Positions 1-8,094 of a stretch of 64,000 nt of DNA are shown piece after piece. The notes below the pieces were generated by a model, which was given only the letters and a program-made list of their open reading frames with translations, had not been told where the DNA came from and made no database searches. This stretch comes from Rubripirellula sp. (lineage in GTDB: Bacteria > Planctomycetota > Planctomycetia > Pirellulales > Pirellulaceae). Position 1 is the first letter of the stretch. Each line of letters starts with the position of its first letter. The stretch covers positions 6,848,001-6,912,000 of the forward strand of contig OZ244207.1 of the NCBI GenBank assembly GCA_965216875.1, written 5' to 3'. The position numbers and the translations under genes are program-made.

Positions 1-201
1 GACTACGATTTCAATCGTTTCGGTTGGCCCGCTTGGTACCCCACTCGATCGCTCGGGCAGTGGCAAGCTGCACGCGATGCTTGGGAGCCGTACGTTTTTC
101 GCGAGCCAACCGCAAAGGTCGATCGGCCAGTCCTCGTGCATCAAAAGCGGAAGCGTAAATAGCAGGCCGTGTGTGACGACTGGAATAAGGGTTGGACCGG
201 A

Positions 202-1635
202 ATGATCGTTGCAAGACTCCTTTTCATTGCGGCGTCAATTCTGGTGGCTTCACCGATCGACGGCGCTGAAACGAAGCGTCCGAACGTTTTGTTCATCGCC
301 GTTGATGACCTCAACAACGAAGCGCTTGGTTTGCGGAGCGATTCACGCGCGAAAACGCCCCATCTCGAAAGACTCGCTCGTCGGGGTGTGCTGTTCACGA
401 AGGCCTACTGCGCCGCTCCGGCTTGCAATCCGTCTCGCGTCAGCGTCATGACAGGTGTTGCGCCCGCGTTCAGTGGCGTGTATGTCAACAAACAGGATTG
501 GCGAAACTGCAAACAGCTTGCCGGTTTGCCAACGATACCACAGCACTTCCGCGACCAAGGCTATAAGGTTGTGGGCGGTGGGAAGCTTTACCACGCGGCA
601 AACCTTTCGCTGGAAGGCCTCGAGGGATTTCTCGACGCCGAGCCGTGGCACGAGTACTTTCCGTCAAAGAATCGCCAGCTGCCCGACGAATACGTGCCGC
701 CGAAACAATCGATCAATACGACCAATCGCTTTTATGGTGGCCGTTTCGATTGGAACCCGCTCAACGTCGATGACAAGGAAATGGGCGATGCGAAGGTTGT
801 TCACTGGGCCGAGCAACAATTGGCGCAATCGCATGATCAACCGCTCTTCCTCGCCGTCGGTATCTACAGACCGCACATCCCTTGGTACACGCCGCAGAGT
901 TGGTTTCAGCAGTATCCGCTCGAGTCGATCGAATTGCCGAAGCGTGTCGCGGAAGATGTGGCGGACATTCCCGATCCAGGCCGAGCGATGACCCGCCACA
1001 CCTGGCACCATTGGTTGGAGTCCAACAACAAATGGAAAGAGGCGACCCAAGCCTACCTTGCATCTGCGAGTTTTGCCGATGCAATGGTAGGTCGCTTGCT
1101 CGATGCGCTTGACCGAGGCCCGCTCGCTGACAACACCATCGTGGTGTTGTGGTCCGACCACGGGTATCACCTTGGCCACAAAGAGCATTGGGAGAAACGA
1201 GCGCTGTGGGAACAGACAACGCAAGTGCCTTTGATCGTGGTCGATACGCGAAGCCAATCAAGGGTCGCCTCCAATCAGCGTTGTGCGGCACCTGTGAGTT
1301 TGCTCGATCTCTTTCCGACGATGGTCGAGATGTGCGATCTTCAGGAGCTCGGGCATTTGCAAGGCGAGAGCTTGATGTCGACCCTGTCACGCTCTGGACA
1401 ACCTTCCGACCGCGCGGTTGTGATGACCCAAGATCGAAACAACCACGCCGTTCGATGGCGGCATTGGCGATTCATACGTTATGCCGATGCATCCGAAGAG
1501 TTGTATCGGCACGATCGCGATCCGCACGAACGTGACAACCTCGCTGGTGACGCTGCCCACGCCGTGATCAAACGCCGATTGGCAAGTTTCCTGCCAACGA
1601 AAAGCGCACCGCACAGTCCACCCATCCAAGAATAA
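202..1635 (+). CDS. Secreted sulfatase (iduronate-2-sulfatase/choline-sulfatase-like)
   Basis: Signal peptide, RPNVLFIAVDDL, formylglycine motif CNPSR, RPHIP, SDHGYHLG..WEK. Start moved from 169 to ATG 202. Confidence 0.92.
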   Translation: MIVARLLFIAASILVASPIDGAETKRPNVLFIAVDDLNNEALGLRSDSRAKTPHLERLARRGVLFTKAYCAAPACNPSRVSVMTGVAPAFSGVYVNKQDWRNCKQLAGLPTIPQHFRDQGYKVVGGGKLYHAANLSLEGLEGFLDAEPWHEYFPSKNRQLPDEYVPPKQSINTTNRFYGGRFDWNPLNVDDKEMGDAKVVHWAEQQLAQSHDQPLFLAVGIYRPHIPWYTPQSWFQQYPLESIELPKRVAEDVADIPDPGRAMTRHTWHHWLESNNKWKEATQAYLASASFADAMVGRLLDALDRGPLADNTIVVLWSDHGYHLGHKEHWEKRALWEQTTQVPLIVVDTRSQSRVASNQRCAAPVSLLDLFPTMVEMCDLQELGHLQGESLMSTLSRSGQPSDRAVVMTQDRNNHAVRWRHWRFIRYADASEELYRHDRDPHERDNLAGDAAHAVIKRRLASFLPTKSAPHSPPIQE

Positions 1636-1636
1636 C

Positions 1637-1660
1637 GTAGTGCACCAGACAACGAGTCCC
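1637..1660 (+). repeat. Degenerate single GTAG-type REP-like element
   Basis: GTAGTGCACCAGACAACGAGTCCC differs at 3 positions from an arm of the inverted repeat at 40554-40632; lies just after a stop codon. Confidence 0.55.
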
Positions 1661-1752
1661 CGGGGCTACGTCATCCTGCACAATCGGCGTCGATTAAACT
1701 GAATCGTCTCAAACTGGATTGACGCTTTTCCCGATCCGGCAACTCGAACGCT

Positions 1753-2172
1753 ATGTTTTCGATTCGTGAACGAATGATCGCGAGCAACTTTTGGATTCGA
1801 GTATGGTGTCTCGGATCGATTGCGTTGTCTGTTTGGTTTCTCTTTGTAACGGTCGACGTTTCGATGGTTGCATTCCGCTCGCCGCTTTTCGTCCTGCTGT
1901 TACTGTTGGCGCTTCCAGCGACGGTATTGCTCGCGGCAATCTTGGCTCCTCTGTTTGGCTTTTTCCTGTTCTCAGACATCGCCGACTGGCAGGCACGTCG
2001 AAACGGTGCCCCTTTTTCCCTAGGCGATCGCGTTTTGATCATTCCCGGTCGCAACTCGGGGCGTCAGGCCACCGTTACCTCATTTGGACAATGTCAATCG
2101 CTTAGAATCACGATCGATGGTGACGATACCGAGACGGGCTACGCTGATCACCAACTCAAACGCATGGCATAA
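1753..2172 (+). CDS. Hypothetical membrane protein with C-terminal KOW/SH3-like motif
   Basis: Two hydrophobic helices, then FSLGDRVLIIPGRNSGRQATV (KOW-like). Confidence 0.65.
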   Translation: MFSIRERMIASNFWIRVWCLGSIALSVWFLFVTVDVSMVAFRSPLFVLLLLLALPATVLLAAILAPLFGFFLFSDIADWQARRNGAPFSLGDRVLIIPGRNSGRQATVTSFGQCQSLRITIDGDDTETGYADHQLKRMA

Positions 2173-2308
2173 CCATTGCGCGGATTGAAGCGCGTTGGTG
2201 AACGGCATCGTGAACGTATCGAACCCTTGTCGATGCGCAGATCACCGATGTGCAATGTCCGATGTGTGTCGCAATTGCAGCAAGTCATTTTGGGGGAGCA
2301 ATCGGTCA

Positions 2309-2764
2309 ATGCAAAACCAAAATCAAAATCTAAACCAAAACCCCTACGAATCACCCACGACCGATTCCGATTCCAATCTGTCGCCGCCAGGATTCGTTGT
2401 TCATGCCTCGTCGGGCGGTACGGCGAGGTTTTTCGCCTGGTACTTTGGAGCGTTCATCTTTTGCACATTGCTTTGGCACATGTCGGGTTACTTTCGCGCG
2501 ATCGACCTGCTGGAACTACCGATGGCAGCATTCCACTTTCCGCTGGCCGGATTCTTTGAGCCAAGCAGGTTTCTGGTTCGCGATGAATTCATCTTTTACT
2601 ACGCACTCTTGTTTTGGGGAGCCGTGATTCCCGTCGCTTTTCAGTTTGCCCCAAAGCGACTGGGGCCACTCGCAACGGCGCTCGGGATCATTGTGGCGTG
2701 CGCTACGACCTCAACCGTGTTTGCGTTCGTTTACAATCTGTTTGGTTGGGGCCAGATCGCCTAG
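2309..2764 (+). CDS. Hypothetical membrane protein with N-terminal NPYESP motif
   Basis: GGGGGAG RBS before ATG 2309; MQNQNQNLNQNPYESP then about 3-4 hydrophobic segments. Confidence 0.7.
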   Translation: MQNQNQNLNQNPYESPTTDSDSNLSPPGFVVHASSGGTARFFAWYFGAFIFCTLLWHMSGYFRAIDLLELPMAAFHFPLAGFFEPSRFLVRDEFIFYYALLFWGAVIPVAFQFAPKRLGPLATALGIIVACATTSTVFAFVYNLFGWGQIA

Positions 2765-2812
2765 TGCGTCTTGCTGGCGGAAACAGTCTTACGCGCAACG
2801 AAATCGATTCTC

Positions 2813-3409
2813 ATGCCTGATCCCGATCCGGCAATAATCTTGGCCTTCGCTTCGCCGCAAGATCTCGGTCGTTGGCTCTCGTTGAACCATGCGACGGAAA
2901 CTGAGTTGTGGGTCAAGCTATTCAAGAAAGGGACAGGGATCCCGAGCATCACATGGGATGATCTTGTGATCGAGTCGCTTTGTTGGGGATGGATCGACGG
3001 GATCAAGAAGTCGTGGGATGACGAAGCTTATGTCCAGCGGATCACGCCCAGGAAAGCTCGAAGCCAATGGTCAAAGCGGAATCGGGAACATGCCCAGCGA
3101 TTGATGGACGAGGGGCGGATGCAGGAGCCAGGGCTCGAGCAAGTGCGGGCTGCCAAAGCGGACGGAAGGTGGGACAACGCCTATTCAGTGAAAGATTTGC
3201 AAGTCCCAGAAGACTTCTTGAAAGCTCTCGAGGGCCGGCCCGCCGCGAAACGCTTTTTTGAGTCGCTTTCCAAGTCGAATCGTTTGGTCATTGCCTACGG
3301 ATTGACAAGCGCAAAGAAACCGGAAACAAGGGAGCGACGGTTCGAGAAATTCATCGAGATGCTCGCCAACGAAGAAAAGCCCGGTGAAAGCGCAGGCAAA
3401 TCGAAGTAG
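2813..3409 (+). CDS. YdeI/OmpD-associated (bacteriocin-protection) family protein
   Basis: Family motifs LCWGWIDG, ITPRKARSQWSKRN, DGRWDNAY, SAKKPETRERR. Confidence 0.9.
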   Translation: MPDPDPAIILAFASPQDLGRWLSLNHATETELWVKLFKKGTGIPSITWDDLVIESLCWGWIDGIKKSWDDEAYVQRITPRKARSQWSKRNREHAQRLMDEGRMQEPGLEQVRAAKADGRWDNAYSVKDLQVPEDFLKALEGRPAAKRFFESLSKSNRLVIAYGLTSAKKPETRERRFEKFIEMLANEEKPGESAGKSK

Positions 3410-3461
3410 GTGAAGCGATGACGACGACACAATCGCGCGAAAACTCGTTTGGGGCGAGGGG

Positions 3462-3965
3462 ATGAATAAGACTGCAAGTCGCCTCGGCCGATTCCGGATT
3501 TCTACCCTCATCTGTGTTACAGGACTCGCCGCCGTTGGTTTCGCGGTCGGTTGGTATTCGTTTCCGTACGTGTTCTATCAGAATGCGAGTTTGGAATTCG
3601 TGAATTGCCAGTGCCGGTTATCCGCCGACGCGAATGGCGATAAAGTTCTAACGATTGCCGGTGAAATATGTAACACCAGTGACTCAGCGGTGCGGCTTAG
3701 TACGAATGGCCATGGGCTTTGCCGTTATGCGATAGCCACGAATTTCGAGATCGTGCAGCGGATCTATCTCGAAACTGTCCACGATCAGAGGGCTTCGAGT
3801 GGATGCAATGTGACTCGATTAGAAGCCGGCAAGAGCTTCTATTTCAAGAACGCAATTACCGTTGATCAGCACTACAACGCGATAGGGATTTCAGTTCCAT
3901 TTCGAATGGGCGGTACGCGGCAAGCATTCGCAACGAGTGACCCGATCAGTGTTCAAGCGGAATAA
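3462..3965 (+). CDS. Hypothetical membrane-anchored beta-rich protein
   Basis: RFRISTLICVT plus TM helix at N-terminus; GAGGGG RBS; no family recognised. Confidence 0.6.
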   Translation: MNKTASRLGRFRISTLICVTGLAAVGFAVGWYSFPYVFYQNASLEFVNCQCRLSADANGDKVLTIAGEICNTSDSAVRLSTNGHGLCRYAIATNFEIVQRIYLETVHDQRASSGCNVTRLEAGKSFYFKNAITVDQHYNAIGISVPFRMGGTRQAFATSDPISVQAE

Positions 3966-4218
3966 GCATGACGAGAAGAACGCACCGAGCTGGCACATTT
4001 AGAAACCGTGTGTCATCAAGAACGCGAATCTGGGGCAAGACAACCTGCGGTTCAAACGACTTGCTCAGTGATCTCCGTGCCCTCGGCGGCCCTATCATGA
4101 AGTTCAGCTTTTCCCGCCACTGACGCGGGACCTGGAAATGCAGTGTGTCGATATAGTCGCGGGGAAGGTGTGTTACAACGTAATGAATCAATTCCTACCA
4201 CTACGCCGATTGGTTTGA

Positions 4219-4686
4219 ATGTCAAAAGTTCGCGTTGACTTGGACGAGATCGTGGGAGAGCGGGCAATCGCCGGAATCTGGTTCCGGACGAAGCGAATGC
4301 CTTGGTACATGCGCTACGTCGGGCCTGGATCTCTGCTTGAGTTCTTTCTAGTGGCACCGTTGATCGTGTACCACTACCTTCGACCTGCCAACCCGACGGA
4401 TACGGAAACACTTCTGGATTACTCCGGCCCAATCTATTGCGCTCGCACGTGTGACGAGTTTGTCTTCATTGTTTACCAGGAGGACGCTGAGAGAACCTCG
4501 CGGTTGCTGCGCCGCTTTCCGTCATCCGCGTTGCGTTCATGTGACTACGAACATACTCACGCGACGGCGGTCAAATTTCAATTCGACTCAGGAGAATGTT
4601 CGACGTTACACTACGAAGGCGTCTGGAGCGATTTGGCAGAATTCATCACGCCAGGCAGCGCTTTCGCAGAACCAACCGAAAGCTAG
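4219..4686 (+). CDS. Hypothetical protein
   Basis: 155-aa ORF co-oriented with neighbours, one hydrophobic segment. Confidence 0.55.
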   Translation: MSKVRVDLDEIVGERAIAGIWFRTKRMPWYMRYVGPGSLLEFFLVAPLIVYHYLRPANPTDTETLLDYSGPIYCARTCDEFVFIVYQEDAERTSRLLRRFPSSALRSCDYEHTHATAVKFQFDSGECSTLHYEGVWSDLAEFITPGSAFAEPTES

Positions 4687-4794
4687 CGGGCAACCTTGTG
4701 ATTCATACGGGGACTCGAACATTTGGTCAGGTCTTGTGCGGCGCCCTTTAGCAAAGTCGTGCTGTTAAACCCGAAACCGCATGAGGTACGGACT

Positions 4795-5820
4795 GTGAGA
4801 TTGGCAATGATCATCGCATCAGCGTGCATCTCTGCGATGCTGCCGACCTTAGTTTCTGCGCTGGAAACCGCGCCGCGGAAATACAACGTCCAGTCTCAAC
4901 CAGGAGCGTTCGTACCCTATCAAGCCAGTCACTCTCTTGCGGAAAAGCATCCAGGAATCACGCGAATTCTGTTTTCCATTCACAGTAGCGGGTTTGATGC
5001 GCTTCAGTACTACAAGAACGCGTACGAGGCGGCGTCGCGTGTGCCCGGTGCACTCGAGCAAACCTTGATCGTCGCGCCGCAGTTCTACCAGCGCGACGCG
5101 ATCCCTGGCCAGATTCCTGAAGGCTTGCTGTTTTGGAGGTCGAGTCCCTATCGTGGGTCGGCACGTTCGGCGATTGGTCCAGACGTAAAAGCGATCTCGC
5201 TGAGTGCCTATGCAGTTCTCGATGAATGGTTGGATAACCTTGTAGACAGCGGCAATTATCCGAACCTGCGCGAGATTGTCTTGGTGGGACATTCCGCTGG
5301 CGGGCAATTCGTGCAACGGTACGCGATGGTTGGCAAGTACCGTGATGAGAAGATTCGGTTTCGGTATGTCGTTTCGGCGCCCTCCTCGTACGCCTATTCT
5401 TCGGCAGAGCGATACCATCTTGGAAAGCGAGACTTCATCGTTCCTGACGCCGCGACGATCAAACAATGTCCGGGATACAATCACTGGGGCTACGGCCTTG
5501 AAAACCCGTACGGGTACTTCGCCGACGTTGATACTCAGGGCATCGTCGATGGCTACGCCAAGAAGCGGGTCTTTTACCTGTGCGGGCAGAGGGATGCCGA
5601 TCCGAACGACAAGTCACTTGGCAAGAATTGTGGCGCGATGATGCAGGGCGCGCATCGCTTGCAGCGGATGCTGGTATTTCAGTCCTTCCTGGAGTTCAAA
5701 TACGGAAAAACTGTCAGTCGTTTTCACAAGTTCGCCGTCGTGCCCAAGGTCGGGCACTATGGATACGGCACGATGACATCACCCGCTGGACTCAAGGCAC
5801 TGTTTGGTTCGGCACCGTAG
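4795..5820 (+). CDS. Secreted alpha/beta hydrolase
   Basis: Signal peptide; nucleophile elbow GHSAGG; C-terminal VPKVGH. GTG 4795 has GAGG upstream. Confidence 0.85.
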   Translation: MRLAMIIASACISAMLPTLVSALETAPRKYNVQSQPGAFVPYQASHSLAEKHPGITRILFSIHSSGFDALQYYKNAYEAASRVPGALEQTLIVAPQFYQRDAIPGQIPEGLLFWRSSPYRGSARSAIGPDVKAISLSAYAVLDEWLDNLVDSGNYPNLREIVLVGHSAGGQFVQRYAMVGKYRDEKIRFRYVVSAPSSYAYSSAERYHLGKRDFIVPDAATIKQCPGYNHWGYGLENPYGYFADVDTQGIVDGYAKKRVFYLCGQRDADPNDKSLGKNCGAMMQGAHRLQRMLVFQSFLEFKYGKTVSRFHKFAVVPKVGHYGYGTMTSPAGLKALFGSAP

Positions 5821-5913
5821 CGGTGACATCAGACAATCTGAAGACAACATCAAACCAACAACACATCGTTGTTGGTGCCCTACCGTGGGCCATTTCAGTC
5901 GTGGTGATGTTGT

Positions 5914-6040
5914 AACCGCAGATGAACTCAAATGAACGCAGATAGCTTGGATGTGATCTGCGTCCATTCGCGTCTATCTGTGGTCTGTCCCCGAGTGTTG
6001 GTTATGACATCAAACCGAATAAGTGGTCTGTCCCCGTGAA
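5914..6040. repeat. 127-bp direct repeat copy 1 (hairpin AACCGCAGAT..ATCTGTGGT plus two TGGTCTGTCCCC motifs)
   Basis: Aligns without gaps to 6383-6509; 14 mismatches counted by eye. Confidence 0.9.
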
Positions 6041-6178
6041 CATGTGAACGCCGACGGGAAGTCAGATGAGTCCATAGTACCCGCGACGTCGACGAACAAC
6101 GGCAACACTGAATTGCCCACGGAGCGCTGCCAGGGTGACGTGATTGCAACCAGAGTGCTCTGTCCCCAAAGCTCGCTC

Positions 6179-6345
6179 GAATCTGTCGCCCTGCGGGCTG
6201 AATCTATTTTGCTTGTAATCCGGTGGCTCACGCCACCGGCAGAAATATGCCGGCCTTCGGCCTAAACGCTACCCGCGCGGCAGCGAGTGTGTTCCATCTA
6301 GCCCGGAGGGCGGAACAAGAACTGCCGGGGTCGTGAGACCCCGGA
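6179..6345. repeat. Inverted pair of REP-like palindromes
   Basis: CCGGTGGCTCACGCCACCGGCAG vs CTGCCGGGGTCGTGAGACCCCGG, and CTGTCGCCCTGCGGGCT vs AGCCCGGAGGGCGG, in opposite orientation. Confidence 0.65.
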
Positions 6346-6382
6346 CCCGGATGCAACGTGTTTTCAGCTACGGCGAATTCGA

Positions 6383-6509
6383 AACCGCAGATGGACTCAA
6401 ATGGACGCGGATGGAGTAGGTGTCATCTGCGTCCATTCGCGTTTATCAGTGGTCTGTCCCCGAGTGTTGATTATGACATCAAACCGAGTAAATGGTCTGT
6501 CCCCGTGAA
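6383..6509. repeat. 127-bp direct repeat copy 2
   Basis: See 5914-6040; followed by tandem CCCGTGAATGTGGG x2 and a third ATGACATCAA..AAGTGGTCTGCCCCC motif near 6556-6584. Confidence 0.9.
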
Positions 6510-6602
6510 TGTGGGCCCGTGAATGTGGGGACAGAGCACCGGGATGCGACCATCAATGACATCAATAGGAAGTGGTCTGCCCCCGATGTGGGGATGGGTG
6601 GG

Positions 6603-7325
6603 TTAGGCGAGTTGCTTGACTTCGTCGCGGATGGATTCGAGGATGTGGATGTCTTCGCGGGACCAGGCGGGGGCGGTGCCGTGCAACTCGTCGCCAAGGC
6701 CAGCGGAAGCTGATTGCCGCACATGCTTTAGTAGCATCTCGCTGATCTCAGCAGCGTTATCAAGGCCGACCATGATCGTCTGGTTGCCCACTGCGAAAAC
6801 ACCCTCCTCTTCTCCTGAGGCGGACGAGCCAGCTGTTTCAATCACAACCGTTGAAATCCCAAACAGTTGCTCGATCGGGCCGCGCCGAACAGAAACGTTT
6901 TGGATGTTCTCAAGCGTGATCGTATGCTCGGTGATGATCCAAATGCCCCGACGAACGTAGAGCCCGCGATCCGAGATGGCATACCAGATCGTGTCGAACC
7001 GCAAGTGGATCGCGATGTAGGCGATGATGTCAGGAAGCACCGCAATCACTAGTGCTGGCAGCGACAAAAGAATGCCCGTCGTGGGACTGGCCCAATAGAT
7101 GATCAGCCACACCACGAAGATCGCCACGTCGATGACGACCAACGCAACCCAAAAGTACGCCTTCATGTACTTGAGGTATTGGCGCGATGGATGAAACACC
7201 TGGAGATTGTCCGACATTTCCTTAGACAATCTCGGGGCCGCTTTGGGGACTCGAAACAGATGAGCTAAAACGGCCCAAATGCCTCGGTAGACCCATTCGG
7301 CTGATCGTTCACTCGCCCGGCTCAC
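6603..7325 (-). CDS. Bacterial PH-domain (bPH_2) membrane protein
   Basis: Two TMs, then YVRRGIW..ENIQNVSVRRGPIEQLFGISTVVIETAG; ATGA overlap with upstream gene. Confidence 0.9.
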   Translation of the reverse strand: MSRASERSAEWVYRGIWAVLAHLFRVPKAAPRLSKEMSDNLQVFHPSRQYLKYMKAYFWVALVVIDVAIFVVWLIIYWASPTTGILLSLPALVIAVLPDIIAYIAIHLRFDTIWYAISDRGLYVRRGIWIITEHTITLENIQNVSVRRGPIEQLFGISTVVIETAGSSASGEEEGVFAVGNQTIMVGLDNAAEISEMLLKHVRQSASAGLGDELHGTAPAWSREDIHILESIRDEVKQLA

Positions 7326-7870
7326 TTCGACACCTCACGCTTTTCACGCGCCGACTTTAGTTCATCACGAATCTCTCGCAACAGATCGGTCGCTTCACCT
7401 GCGCTCGTTGCTTCGGATTCTTGATCGCCACTCTTTGCACCGCGCATCCGCGAGTAAAGGAAATCGCGCAGTGGCTCGGGATCGCGAATGCCCTCGATCC
7501 GCATGGTGGCTCCGGTTGACCCTGACGCTGTTTGGATTGGCAATTTCGCTAACCCCATCCAACGCTCGATGATGTTTCGGGTGACATGAATGTCTTGAAG
7601 CCGGCCGTACGTCAGGTAGATCTCGCGTCGGAAGAAAAAGCCCCAGCACATCGAGACACCTGATTCGTCAAACCGGTACCGCATCGTCTTGAACCGAATC
7701 AGTAGCGGGACGAACACGAACGGAAACGCAACCACCGTCAAGAGCGAGACGATGAAGTAATAGACGAGCAACGAATCGTCCGGCCGCGTGATTTGCGACG
7801 GGTCGATGGGGCGTGCCTTTTCGTCTTCAGTTCGTTCAGCAGTCATGGCGAATGTGGTGTCGGTAGACAT
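7322..7870 (-). CDS. Bacterial PH-domain (bPH_2) membrane protein
   Basis: TM, then YRFDESGV..GFFFRRE..RLQDIHVTRNIIERWMGLAKLPIQTASG. Confidence 0.9.
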   Translation of the reverse strand: MSTDTTFAMTAERTEDEKARPIDPSQITRPDDSLLVYYFIVSLLTVVAFPFVFVPLLIRFKTMRYRFDESGVSMCWGFFFRREIYLTYGRLQDIHVTRNIIERWMGLAKLPIQTASGSTGATMRIEGIRDPEPLRDFLYSRMRGAKSGDQESEATSAGEATDLLREIRDELKSAREKREVSK

Positions 7871-8094
7871 GAGGCAGTCACAACGATTGAGTTTCTAGGT
7901 TTTGCAGATTGTGGCGTGTCCGCTGACGTTTCGTACTCGAAGCGAGAGTCTTGGCCGCAAAATCTCAGGAAACAGGCGCTATTTTTCAAACAGGTTTTGG
8001 ACTTTGACCGGCCGCGTGCGAGTTGGACGCGATCTAGAATGGCGAAGGTTTTTCGTCACCCTGCCTATGACCGACTAGACACAAAGCGAACACC

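Noticed and set aside
1..141. Minus-strand frame open from ATG 141 to the window edge
   Set aside because: Only 47 codons visible and no recognisable motif.
5914..6590. CRISPR array or dif site
   Set aside because: Repeats irregularly spaced, no uniform spacers, no cas genes; only a vague XerD-like half-site.
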